Assembly (NCBI RefSeq): GCF_001194135.2
Contig: NC_068994.1
Location: 29,038,681-29,102,680 of the forward strand
DNA: 64,000 nucleotides
Direction of reading: 5' to 3'
Origin: Octopus bimaculoides
Taxonomy: Eukaryota
Position 1 is the first letter of the stretch. Each line of letters begins with the position of its first letter. Positions 1-11,672 of the stretch are shown here, in pieces. Under the pieces are notes generated by a model. That model saw only the letters and a program-made list of their open reading frames with translations. It had not been told where the DNA came from and did no database searches. The position numbers and the translations under genes are program-made.

Positions 1-19
1 ATTTGATGCTCTGATATTT

Positions 20-160
20 CCATCAGTCCATCACTCTAGATTGGTACTTCAGCTATTAATCCTGGAAAGACAAAAAGCAAAGCTGACCTTGATAGCTATT
101 GAACTCAGAATGCAAGGAGCCAGAATAAAAGGAATTTTGTTCACCCTTCTAACTCTTCTC
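20..160 (-). mobile_element. Degenerate tRNA-derived SINE (family A)
   Basis: ggtactt...aaagcaaagctgacctt...ttgaactcagaatg matches the better-preserved family-A copy at 11422-11638. Confidence 0.6.
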
Positions 161-334
161 TAAATGTCTCCAGTGAAAGATGATCTTAAAGTCAGTGTGA
201 TGGAAGAGTCCTCCATATCTGTTGTTGAGTGTTTGGGCTGTTTAAAGGTGATACCTGACCACAGACTTTTCAAGCTAATTAAGACCTCCATAATGACAAT
301 TTTCATTTAGGTACAGATATTGGTGATACTTTTT

Positions 335-690
335 GAGAACATACTGCATTTGATGTTTGATGCAATATTGATTTTGTTACAATATTTGTATTGCTGCAAT
401 ATTGATTTTGGTGTGATATTGATAAGTTTGATGTGAATCTGATTTTGGTGTAATATTGATTTTGGTGCAATATCTTGATTTGATTAATATTAATTTTAGT
501 GTGATATTGCTGCTACATTGATATTGGTGCAATATTGATTTCGGTACTAATTTGATATTGAGATTATTATTATTGATTCTTGAAGTGGTATTAGTATCGG
601 TTTGTTGCTGATATTGGTTTAATAGATGTTACAATGATGTTAATATCAATATTCATGTAGTAATATCAATATTGGTGTGATATTAGTATC
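335..690. repeat. Degenerate minisatellite, ~16-bp unit like GTGCAATATTGATTTT
   Basis: Repeated tgcaatattgatttt(g) / gtgtgatattg / gtaatattgattttggtgcaatat variants. Confidence 0.6.
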
Positions 691-699
691 AGAGCAAAA

Positions 700-787
700 A
701 TGTGTGTGTGTATGTGTGTGTGAGTGTCTATATTCATGTATGTATGTATGTATGTATGTATGTATGTATGTATGCATGTATGTATGA
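700..787. repeat. (TG)n and (TATG)n microsatellites
   Basis: Read directly from sequence. Confidence 0.95.
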
Positions 788-1389
788 TTTTTCTTTGTGT
801 TTAGTTTATGTTCTTCTTGAGAGAGTTCAAGCCAGTCACTAACAAAGTGACAAGATGTTTTGAGTTAAGAGAGTTCCCGGTGTTTGCAAATATATGATTG
901 AGGTGGTGTGTTAGTTAAACTGTTAATGCATGCACCCAAGTGAGTGCATCTATTCACTTAAGAACTTCAGATGAATGTCTTATAAATCTTCCCTGTGCCA
1001 CTAATAGATTGGATTTGGAGAATCCGTATGTTTCTTATGTTCTTTTTCTGTGAAACTGAGTATTTCTAGTTTATTTTTTTTGTGCAAATTTGTTTGTACA
1101 TAACTTAATGCACATATGATGACAGGTACAAATGTGTGTGTGTGTGTGTGTGTGCGTGCGCACGCACGTCTGTATGCATGTGTGTATGTGTGTATGACAG
1201 CAGACTCAAAGACATATGTGATAACTACATGTCAGTCATTGGCAAAATCTTTGTAAGGAAACCCTTCTCTATTGGTTTCAGAGCTATGATGCACCAGGTG
1301 TTCTTCCCAAGTCACAATGTGGCTTTCAGCTAAATCAGGGTATAACTGATATGATCTTTATAGCTTGACAGGTTCAATTGAAGTGCAAG

Positions 1390-1640
1390 GAACAACTTGA
1401 TCTGTACCAGTCTTTCACCAATCTCATCAAGGCCTTTGACACTGCACATAGGCAAACTCTTTGTGGTATCTTTTCTAAGCTAGGGTGCTCATTCAGTCTC
1501 TTCATAATAACATGAAAGCATGGATTTGTGTCAATGGTGAAATACTAGAAGCTGTTTCAGCTGAATCTGGTGCTGAACAAAGTGATATCATGGTTCCTAC
1601 ATTGTTTGCCATCTTCTTTGCTATTGTTTTCTTGAAAACC
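1390..1640 (+). mobile_element. RTE/BovB-like LINE reverse transcriptase fragment (pseudogenised)
   Basis: Translates with frameshifts to FTNLIKAFDT..RQTL..IFSKLG / IQSLHNNMKAWICVNGE...SGAEQSDIMVPTLFAIFF, matching RTE RT motifs (KAFDTV, SG-V-KQG-xxx-PTLF). Confidence 0.8.
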
Positions 1641-1829
1641 TTTGTGAATAGCATGTTACCATACAACAAGAAAGTTTTTGAACATCTGTCATTTTACAGC
1701 AGTAACGAAAACTTTCATAGCTCTCATTCACGATCTCCTTTATACTGATGTACTCTGATATCATCCAGATCTGGCTAACCACATTGAATGAAAGGGAACC
1801 TTTAGAATCATTTAAGATGAACAATTAAA

Positions 1830-3818
1830 TTGTACTTTACTCATTTGGTAAATCCCAAGTTTGATCTAGCTAAGATCAAAGTTATTAGCAATAAAGCAGA
1901 TAAGACTCTAATTCCATCAGGTAAATGGCCTTGCTCAATCTGTATTAAAGGAGTGGGAAATAATTCCATTTGCTGCACCAAATGTAAGTTATGGACATGC
2001 AAGAGATGTAGTGAAATCACAAGTAGATTAACAGATAAGGTCACCTTCATGTGTGGCAGATATGCAGGATCAATAAACACTAAGAGCACATGAGACTTAG
2101 ACCCTCTCAAATATCCAGGAGGTTCTCTTGAGGTAGTGGATAGTTTCTGTTACTTAGGTGACCAAATTAGCAATGGGGGTGGATGCTCTGAAAGTATTGT
2201 TTCTAGAATATGAATAGGATGGAGAAAATTCAGAGAGCTCCTACCTTTGTTGGTAACAAAAGGATTCTCTCTCTCAGAGTGAAAGATAGATGGTATGATG
2301 CTTGTGTATGAACAGCTATGCTCTATGCTAGTGAAACTTGGGCTCTGAATGCAGAGGACATGTGTAGACTAGAGAGAAATGAAGGCAGTATGCCATGCTG
2401 GATGTGCAGCATCAATGTGCATGAACAACGAAGCACAAATGTGTTGAGAGAAAAGTTGGGCATAAGAGGAATCAAATGCAGCTTGCAAGAGAGACTATTT
2501 TGGTTTGGTCATGTGATGTGTAAGAATGAAGACAGCCGTATAAAGAAGTGCCAGTCACTGAAAGTGGATGGCACCTGTGGAAGAAGGAGACCCAGGAAGA
2601 AATGGATGAAGTGGTGAGGACTGATTTCAGGATGCTGGGACTCACAGAGGAAATGACACTGGGCTGAGATGTCTGGTGATATGAGGTTCTAGAGAAGACT
2701 CCACCATGCCAGTGAACCTGAGATCCAGAGCCATTGTGTCCCACAATGAAACTTTCACACACACTACCCCAACAAACCAAACTACATCCTCCACTTCCCT
2801 TCCCAAAGTGTTTCTCTTCTCTTCATACACTATGATTATCTCCTATTCCAATCCAGTCCTTGCTACCCTGCTCACTGTATCGTTGCTTTCCTCCTGTCCC
2901 CCTCTCCTCTACAAGCCCAGATTCTCACCAGTTACAGCATTCTCTACCCCCACTCCCCATCCCAGTCCTCACTGTTTCCCTCTGTACCCCCTCTATATAG
3001 CTAGATTCTCTCCAGTCATTGCATTTCCCCACTCCCTGCTACAATTCACCTCCCTCTTCCTTATTCTTTATGCTCTGATACCCATTCCTTGCAAGTATAC
3101 CCTGGCACTTGCCACCATCCCTCTCTTGCCCTTGCTTCTCCTACTCTCTCTTTTCTTTCCTCTCCCCTCTAGCTGAGTAATCATGAATCTCATCTACAGC
3201 AACAAACGTGTTTCTGCCCTCGTTCTTAACCAATCTCTCTCCCTCCTTCCCTTGCCTTTACTTCTGGCTAGGGAACCATGTATCTCCTTTACAACAGCAC
3301 ACCTCTTGTTAACTCCCACTCTCTCTCTCTAGGTAACTGTTTCTTCCCTCGTTCTTGTTAACTCTCACTCTCTTTGGCTGGGTAACCATGGATCTCCTCT
3401 ACAAGACATCTGTTTCTGCCTCTCTATCACATTCTAATCATCTTTTGACACAAGATCACCTCCTCCAATGCCCTCTCCCTTCTCAAAGATGCTTTGTCTT
3501 GCAAACTCACTTGGTAACGCCACCAGTACAGGTCTCACTTTAAAAGTATCCAGTCCACACTGTAAAGTGGTTGGCATTTGGAAGGGTATCCAGCTGTAAA
3601 AACCATGCCAAGACTAACCTCATCTGTGTGAGTGCCACACAAAAAGCACTCAACCCACACTACAGAGTGAATGTTGTTAGGAAGGGTATTTAGCTGTAAA
3701 AACCATGCCAAAACACACCCAGAAGTGTGGCACAGGCACCTACCTGGCCAGCTCCTGTCAAACCATCCAACCTAAGCTACCATGGAAGAAGGATGTTAGA
3801 CGATGATGGTGATGATGA
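1830..3818 (+). mobile_element. 5'-truncated RTE-clade LINE: RT C-terminus with Cys-rich insert, long pyrimidine-rich 3' UTR and (GAT)n-ended tail
   Basis: GKWPCSICIKGVGNNSICCTKCKLW..., LEVVDSFCYLGDQIS, AMLYASETWAL, WFGHVM, GTCGRRRPRKKW; C/T-rich UTR ~2700-3540; tail 3540-3818 shared with dispersed short repeats. Confidence 0.85.
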
Positions 3819-3865
3819 TGATATATATACATATACACCTATATATATATATATATATATATATA

Positions 3866-4095
3866 TCATCATCATCATCATCATCATCATCTTCATCGTT
3901 TAACCTCCACTTTCCATGCTGTCATGAGTCTGGCAAGCCAGAAGGCAGCACCAGGCTCCAATCCAATCTGGCAAAGTTTCTACAGCTGGATGCCTTTCCT
4001 AATGCCAACCACTCCAAGAGTATAGTGGGTGCTTTTTACATGCCATCAGCATGGGAGCCAGTCAGGCAGCACTGGCAATGATCATGCTCAAATGG
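3866..4095 (-). mobile_element. Short repeat (family C) matching the RTE 3' tail
   Basis: Reverse complement contains gagtggttggcattaggaaaggcatccagctgtagaaac and a (GAT)n end, as at 3570-3610, 22798-22990, 59030-59222 and 60930-61208. Confidence 0.85.
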
Positions 4096-4166
4096 TACAT
4101 ATATGTATGTATGTGTATATATGTAAATGTATACACACACACACACACACATATATATACGCAAGT

Positions 4167-4624
4167 GCAACATTCAAAATACTGCCTGGATTTACCAAGG
4201 ATTATACTTAAGGACCTATACCTTCATGGAAATATGGACAAACCTCCACACCCTCTAGAATAACATGAACTGTGAACTTTATTCTCCTGTGTGCATTCCT
4301 CTATCTACTGTTTTACTCTTTATTCTTCTGTCCACTATTTTATTTCTTCATAAACTGTGAACTTCCTGTCTAGAACTTTCATACATACTCACTTTGTTTC
4401 TGATGACGGAATACCCAGTGTATGGAGATGCTAACCTATCACTTGGGATATCGCAGAAACAGCTGTAAGACATCCAATAATTAATTAATTAATTACTTCA
4501 AATTTACCTTACTCTACTTAAATATATTCTAAATGACTTGAGATACTTGTCCTGCCTTGGTTTTTGTTGTCCTTTTTCCTCTAATATATACCTGCTAACT
4601 CAGATGCCTACTACAGATCCCTAG
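4167..4624 (+). mobile_element. Hammerhead-bearing ~460-bp dispersed repeat, copy 1 (pseudo-LTR/retrozyme-like)
   Basis: Aligns end to end by eye with 55972-56432 (gcaacattcaaaatactgcctgga ... gatccctag); lies just downstream of a (CA)n(TA)n tract. Confidence 0.85.
4395..4472 (+). ncRNA. Type I hammerhead ribozyme motif
   Basis: TGTTT-CTGATGA(4400-4406)-stem II-GAAA(4456-4459)-CAGCTG-TA-AGACA; helix I pairs with one G-U wobble; GUA cleavage triplet; base of helix II imperfect. Confidence 0.75.
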
Positions 4625-5139
4625 CTCCAGCCTCAGCTGTGAACTTGGAGCCAAACAGATGACTGATTATAGCACTTACACAGCATACCTATTCGTTTAG
4701 ATCACCTGTGAACTAAATCCCTCATATTCTTTTTATATATATATGATCCATCAATGGATCATATATCCAAAAAAGATGCACATTCTAAACATTAGAGCAG
4801 TAATTTATTTATAGGAACCTAATTATATGGCCAGTTATAGAGTGAACAATGGTTTTGCATCCATAAAGGGCTTAGCCTTATAGGCAGCTAGTTAGACCAA
4901 AATGGCTGTGGACATAAAACCCCTCTTCAAATTGGAGCTATCCGAGGTCATAAAGCTCCATATTATCCAAGAGAGAGATGGTGGCTTTCATGATGTGTAG
5001 ATGTGTGCAGTGGTGGTACAGTATGCTTCTTTTTTGTATATATAATCCACTGATGATCCATTACATGACCCAGACACAGAGTGTCTTACAAAAGCCACCA
5101 TGTGGTTTGTGTTTAATAGCTGTAGTACTGCTATGCATA

Positions 5140-5177
5140 CACACATATATGTACATATATATATACATATATGTATG

Positions 5178-5238
<61 letters not shown>

Positions 5239-5255
5239 ATATATATATATATAAG
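5140..5255. repeat. (TA)n/(TATG)n microsatellite
   Basis: Read directly from sequence. Confidence 0.95.
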
Positions 5256-5314
5256 CATGCATAGACACCCATATATCTAAATTTATATACATGTACATAC
5301 TTACATATAACTAG

Positions 5315-5632
5315 CAGACCATCAGTTACGATGATGAGGGTTTCAGTTGATCCAATCAATGGAACAGCCTGCTTGTGAAATTAATGTGCATGTGGCTGAG
5401 CACTCCACAGACATGTGTACCCTTAACATAGTTCTCAGGGAGATTCAGCATGATACAAAGTGTGACAGGGCTGGCCCTTTGAAATACAGGTACTACTCAT
5501 TTTTGCCAGCTAGGTGGACTGGAGCAACATGAAATAAAGTGTTTTGTTGAAGAACACAACGCGCCACCAGGAATTGAACTCATGATCTTGCGATAATGAG
5601 CCGAATACCCTAACCATTAAGCCATGCACCAT
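5315..5632 (-). mobile_element. tRNA-derived SINE (family D)
   Basis: Reverse strand reads ggtgcatggcttaatggttagggtattcggctc...gagttcaattcctgg (A and B boxes), then ttgtgttcttcaacaaaacactttatttcatgttgctccagtccac; related copies at 17820-17970, 29560-29870 and 62989-63170. Confidence 0.85.
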
Positions 5633-5669
5633 CATTACATACATGCACACAAACATACATGCATGCACA

Positions 5670-5822
5670 TACACTGGGTTTCTTTCAGTTTCCATCCACT
5701 TGCAAGGCTTTCTTCATAGTTTAGTAGAAGACACATGCCCAAGGTGTTGCACAGTGGAATTGAACCCAAAACCACATGTTTGGGAAGCAAACTTCTTAAT
5801 GAGACAACCATGCCTGCTCCAC
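5670..5822 (-). mobile_element. tRNA-derived SINE (family B), 5' part
   Basis: Matches the head of the full copy at 60020-60195 (gggttcaattccactgtgcaacaccttgggcatgtgtcttctac). Confidence 0.8.
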
Positions 5823-6149
5823 TATATATATCTAGATTAAAGATATATTCATGCCAAATTTATATGTATGTAAAATATATAAGGCAACAATATACATTTC
5901 ACCTAAGTTTATTACTGTTGAAATCACATTTCTGTTGTTCAATATATCAAAATAATTTGACATATTCAGACTCACATACATATATGCAGACACCCCCCCA
6001 TGATGTCATACTCACAGTCAGCATTCATGTATACTTACAATGAGCATGTACACACACATATTCATAAATCTGTAAGAAATCAATTCCTCAATCATTCTCA
6101 GAGGTTTTGTTCCTTGTAAATTCACTGAAACTGATTTGAGATTAAGTGA

Positions 6150-6760
6150 AACATAATCCTAATGAATAAATAAAATTATTTTAATGAAATTTTTGTAGGA
6201 ATTTGTTTGCATTCAGTAAAACATGTGTCTTCAATTGAAATCCATCTAGTAGGGTAATTTTTCCATTTGAAGGAAAAAAGAAATAATTTGAAATTTATTT
6301 AAATTGATTCTGTTTTGATAAGAGTCCATACAAGTTTCATCAAAATCCAAACTACTTTTATTGGAATTCATTAAGAAAATTCATTGAAGTTAGAGAGAAA
6401 TTCACGAATACTTTATTGAAATATATTTGCAAAATTCATTCAGAATTTTATTATAGGAATACATTTGTAAAATTTATCAATTTTCCAATGCAAATTCTTC
6501 CATTTTGGTGCAAAATTTCATTCACAAAAATCACTGAATTTTTGAAGAAACTCATTCATGAGTCTTTGTAAAATATATTCAAGTTCTAGTAAAATTCTTT
6601 ACATTTTTAGTGAAATTTATTGAAATATTCATGATATACTTTAATAAATTTCTTCTAAGTTTTACTGGAATTTATTGACATTTCATTGAATTTTCTTCAA
6701 ATATTACACAAGTTTATTCAAATTCATTACAGATTTTGTAACAATTGTTAATAATTTTAA
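6150..6760. repeat. AT-rich degenerate tandem/low-complexity region (AAATTCATTGAA-like unit)
   Basis: Recurrent aaattcatt / tttattgaa / attttactg variants. Confidence 0.5.
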
Positions 6761-7617
6761 TTTTTTTAGTCAGCAGCATAAAAACTAGTTTCGTCGATGG
6801 TATGTGTAGTTCATATTTTTTTGTCAATGAATGTCATAAACCAGTAAATTTTTTTTAAAGTGGTGTGTGTGTATGTGTGTGTGTCTAATTAGTGTTTTTG
6901 GCATTAAGGTGAATATTTCATGTTACCAGTGGTTAATATTTATGGCTAGCTGTCATTTTATAGGTAGAGTATTTTACAGTTAGATTTCAGTGAGTTTATG
7001 AACAGAAAATTATGCAACAAACAGCCAAAACTGTTTAACAATAGGTTGAGTTTATCTTATGACTAATCTGGTCTGTATGTTTTAATAACCAGTAGTCAAT
7101 ATGTTTTGATTCTCAGTAGTCAATGTGTTTCAATGATTCCTTGGACTAGAATGTTCCAGAGCAGTTCATAAATGTGTAGTTTTTGGTTATTAGTTCTCAG
7201 ATTGTCTTCAATTAGTTAATGTTTAAAACATTTCAATATTGTTTTGCTTTGTTTTTTTTTGCTTCTTGTTTCTGAACAATAGTTTATGATTGCATAATAT
7301 CCAGTCTGTCAAGAGACAGCTGTATGTGTGTGTGTTTTAAAGTTTATATGTGGAATTAATTTATTTTGGGGAACAAAAGGTTGATATGAAATGAAAAAAA
7401 GAAGAAAAAGATTTTAGGATATTAGTTCTTGTGGATTGAGTATATTCAACATGCTTCTAGCTTAAGCAGTATTTGTAGTGGTGGTGGTGGTGGTGGTGTG
7501 ATGATATGCGGAGTAATGGTGGTGGGAAACGATGGTGTTGGCGGTAGTGGTGGTGAGAGAGTAAGAAGGGATAATAGGTTGTGATGGAAATGGTAGTATG
7601 ACATTGTTTAAGATACT

Positions 7618-7657
<40 letters not shown>

Positions 7658-9254
7658 ATGTATGTATGTGTGTGCATGAGATAGGGATATGGAGTATATA
7701 GTAACAATAATGGGAACAACAAGTTTATTTGAAATAATGACAGTAACATCAACAATAAAAGCAACTGGAAGGAAATGAATTAATTCTTAGAATATATTTT
7801 GGTAGAAGCTAGAAGAATGACAATCTAATTACGCAAAATGGGAATATAGTAGCATTTGTGATGATAATAGAACCGTTTATCACATTCAATTTACAGTTAT
7901 TTCTGAGGGGGCGAGTGAGCAGCATAAAGCATACATCATATATGGACCCAGGAATTTCATGGGATTACAGAAAAGTGTTTACATATATTGAAGACTGTCA
8001 TTCATACACATTTTAGGAAAAAGGGCAGAAAGAAAATTTGCTCCTCTGAGAAGTCATCTCAGAGATCATTGCTGCCCCCCAGTACATGTAGACCTACCAC
8101 TGCAATTTATCAATTCATAGCACTCTAGCAATGGATCCCAAAGTTTTCACTTATCTGTAGGCATACTGTTTTTCTAATTCTGCTACACACATCGACACTA
8201 TATGTATATATATATACACACACACACACATACATATATGCATGCATGTATGTGTGTGTATGTGTGTGTGTGTATATTTATATATAATGAATAAGCAAAA
8301 AGAAGAAAATGATTTGAGAACTTAATCATGGAAAAATTGAGAAAATATTTACATTTTTAACTACATATGTAGCTACTGGTTTCTATCATTTTAAAACAAT
8401 GATTGTGTCATGCTGAAACAAGAGGTAAAAATTAATCTTTTCTTCCTTCTCTTTTTTATTTTTTTATCATTTTCTCTTTAAATTATTTAATCAGCCTTCA
8501 TTATTGATTGAAGACTAGGAAAAGTATTTTAAATAATGTGTAAGCTTGTCATTAAATAAAACAAACAAATATATATCTACATTTATCTATCTATGTACCT
8601 ATCTGATGAGCTAAGTTTCTGTAAGATGCCTATGAAACTTGAAGTTGTGTAGGGCCAAATCAAATTGTTTTAAATAATAATATATGTAACTCCTACTAAA
8701 TAATGAGTGCTTCCTTCTTTCATTTTGCCACTCACTTGTATACACACACACACACACACACACATGCATAGAGAGAGAGCGAGAGAGAGCAAATTTATCC
8801 CCAAGGTTTATTTACTGTTGGAACATGACTGAAAGATTTCTCATCATTTAAACTATCCACTTCACTTGAAGATACATGCCTATTACAGGGATTAAACTTA
8901 GTACTGAATACTCATCAGTTTTGCAAGTCACTCATTGCTTATAGCAGTGAATGTATCACTGGATGGTACCTACTCAACATCTAGTGGGCTGAACTATTGT
9001 GACTGAAATACCTTGGCCACAGATACTGTGTAGTGCCAATGATAGGATATAAACCTCCATCCAATTGGAAGTGAAAGTATGGTTGGGTGCATACGAAGTT
9101 TGCTTAAGGGCCACATGGTTCTGGGTTTGATCCTCACTGCATGGTATTTTGACCAAATGTCTTCTATCAATGACTCAGGTTAATCAGTGTCTTCTATCAG
9201 AGACTAAAGTTGATCAATGTTTTGCAACTGGAATTTGCACATCCACTGACAGAT

Positions 9255-9660
9255 CAAGATTCCTGACACTGATGTGCTCCTGTATACCAACATCCTGAAA
9301 CTATAACCTGTCGCAGAAATTGCATCTGCAATGGGCTGGTCACATCCGATGCATGCCTGTCACTGCATCCCAAATGGCTTGTCTATGGTGAACTCTGTCA
9401 AGGAAAGTTTGCTGAAGAGGTTCAAGTACTGTTTAAAAGTATCTCTAAGTGACCTCAACATTGCCTGGGAACAGCCTACCGAAAAACCAACCAAAGTGGT
9501 ACAGTCTGACATACACAAATGCAAAAGAACTGCTGCTGAGATGAAATGTTCACCCTGCAAAGCTAGAACTATCAGTATCCCCAAGTGCCACACCTTCCCA
9601 TATGTGCTTCAAATTTGCAAGACCTGGATAGGCTTAATCATTCACCTCCAAAGCTGATCA
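9255..9660 (+). mobile_element. RTE/BovB-like LINE 3' coding fragment
   Basis: KIPDTDVL, LQWAGHIRCMP..IPKWLVYGEL, KRFKYCLKVSL, and terminal C-x2-C...IGLIIHLQS zinc-finger-like end typical of BovB-type ORFs. Confidence 0.8.
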
Positions 9661-10344
9661 GATCAGACTAGACACACAAGTTAATCTTGAGTCTTAGTCA
9701 ATTTTAACAAAGAACATTTATATAGGGAATGAGCTAAGAACTAAATTAAATATTCTAAATTTAACTTTGAAATTACTGTATTTTGAATCCTAATCTTTCT
9801 GGGGTCAACTACACATTTCAACCCTTTGAGGTTGAAAGGATGCTTGAAAAACACTTAGGCTGATTAGACCTGTAAAACTGACATTTTTATCTTGACAGAA
9901 GAAATTGAATTTGCAGTGTATATCTTGCAAGTTTGTGTGTATATAAAGATATAAAATTTTTTAACAAGCTCACTGGCTAATCGCAACACCAGTGCCTGTT
10001 CTGGCCCTGTTATTCTATATATTGCTGGTAGGGAAATGAACCGCAGCTATCTTTAGCAATTGAGCATCCATCATTGATGAAACCAAGCAAGGTTGAAATC
10101 ATGTGATCTGGTGGTCTCTGAGCTGGAGATGGTGGGAATTTATCTCCCCTCTCATGGTAACTACCACAGTATAGTTTATTCTAATATCCACTCGATATTA
10201 AGACTAACTCTGTCACTAATAAATAAAATTTGGTGTGTATATTTAAACATTATTACATAGCCAAATGATAAGATAATTAATATTATTGTATTTTTTATCT
10301 TGCTAACACTGATTTAGTATTTCGAACCTCAAAAGTTCCACAGT

Positions 10345-10520
10345 TTACTGAGGAAGGCAGTGAGTTGGCAAAATCATTTGCATGTTAGACAAAAGGCTTT
10401 TCTTCAGCACTTTACATTCTGAGTTCAAGTTCTGCCAAGCTCTACTGTGCATTTCATCCCTTTCAGATTGATAAAGTAAGTTGATGTAAACAACTAGCCT
10501 CTTCCCTCAAAACTGCTGAA
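10345..10520 (+). mobile_element. tRNA-derived SINE (family A)
   Basis: aggcagtgagttggcaaaatc ... ctgagttcaagttctgccaag ... tttcatccctttcagattgataaag. Confidence 0.75.
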
Positions 10521-10572
10521 CTCTGCAATGGACAGACCCACCCACACACACATATATACATATATAAACACA

Positions 10573-11660
10573 CAGGGTGCGATGGGTAAATTGTCGCCAT
10601 TTAATACTTTTAATTTCGCACATGTGCATTGCTTTTGATTTTGTCGACTACACAGTATAGTAGGATCAGCTGGGCATTGTCTGTGAGAAAAACAGCACCA
10701 TGATACAATTCACCCTGCCAGAAAGTTGGAAATGACATGCTGTACTGCTTGGCATTTGCACTGGAAGCTCCAATATGAACATTTCAGAGTGTTTGGGTGT
10801 CAATCTGAGGACATGTACTGAGAGTGATAAAAATCAGACATCCAGTCAACATCATGGTGTTTGGAGTAATCACCAGTGATGGCAACGTTATGCCTCCATT
10901 TATCTTCCCACATAGCCTCAGACTCAACATGGAGGCCAACATCAAGTGCCTGGAGGAGGTAGTTCTGCCTTGGATTAAGAAGGTGGCTGCTTGAAGACCC
11001 TATGTCTAGCAACAGGACTCTGCACCATGCCACACAAGCAGGAGAACCCAATCATGGCTGTCAGACAATTTCTGCGACCAAGTCACCCCTAACATCTGGC
11101 CACCTAACTCCCCAAACTGCAACCACCTTGATTAATATGTGTAGGGTGTGTGAGAGACCAACAAAACTCCTTGTAACACCAAAGATGAACTGAGGGCAAG
11201 GATTATGACACCATTCACCAACTTAAACAAGGAGACCGTCCAGAAAAATTGCAGGAGATTCTGAAGTTGTCTGGAGGTTGTGGTTGAAGCCAATTGCGAT
11301 TTTATTGAATAATTTTACTCTTTAGTATTTCAAGATATTTTAATGTAATTTTGGTAAATATATCTGTTAAAATGAGATGTCGTTATTTTCATTTTTGTGT
11401 AATTTATATGACAATATATTCTCTTCTACTCTAGGCACAAGGCCCAAAATTTTTGAGGAGGGGGCCAGTTGATTAGATTGATCCCAGTACAAACTGGTAC
11501 TTAATTTATCGACCCTGAAAGGATGAAAGGCAAAGCTGACCTTGGCAGAATTTGAACTCAGAACGTAAAGAGAGATGAAATACCGTTAAGCATTTCGCCT
11601 AGTGTGCTAACGTTTTTGCCAGCTCGCCACCTTAGACAACAATATATTCACTGCACCCTG
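10573..11660 (+). mobile_element. Tc1/mariner superfamily DD37D (maT-type) transposon, internally deleted and decayed
   Basis: Left TIR CAGGGTGCGATGGGTAAATTGTCG; right end TGCACCCTG followed by TA. Transposase remnant IMVFGVITSDG...QQDSAPCHTSRRTQSWL...WPPNSPNCNHLD has 37 residues between the second and third Asp. Confidence 0.85.
11422..11638 (-). mobile_element. Family-A SINE inserted into the right TIR of the DD37D element
   Basis: Well-preserved copy flanked by an 11-bp direct repeat ACAATATATTC (11411-11421 and 11639-11649). Confidence 0.9.
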
Positions 11661-11672
11661 TATAGATATATA

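Noticed and set aside
335-690. CRISPR-like repeat-spacer array
   Set aside because: Eukaryotic context; units are degenerate tandem copies without unique spacers.
2706-3543. 156-aa and 62-aa Leu/Pro/Ser-rich ORFs
   Set aside because: Translation of the pyrimidine-rich RTE 3' UTR.
5049-5110. CTGATGA followed by an AAAAG word
   Set aside because: No GAAA core or consistent helices.
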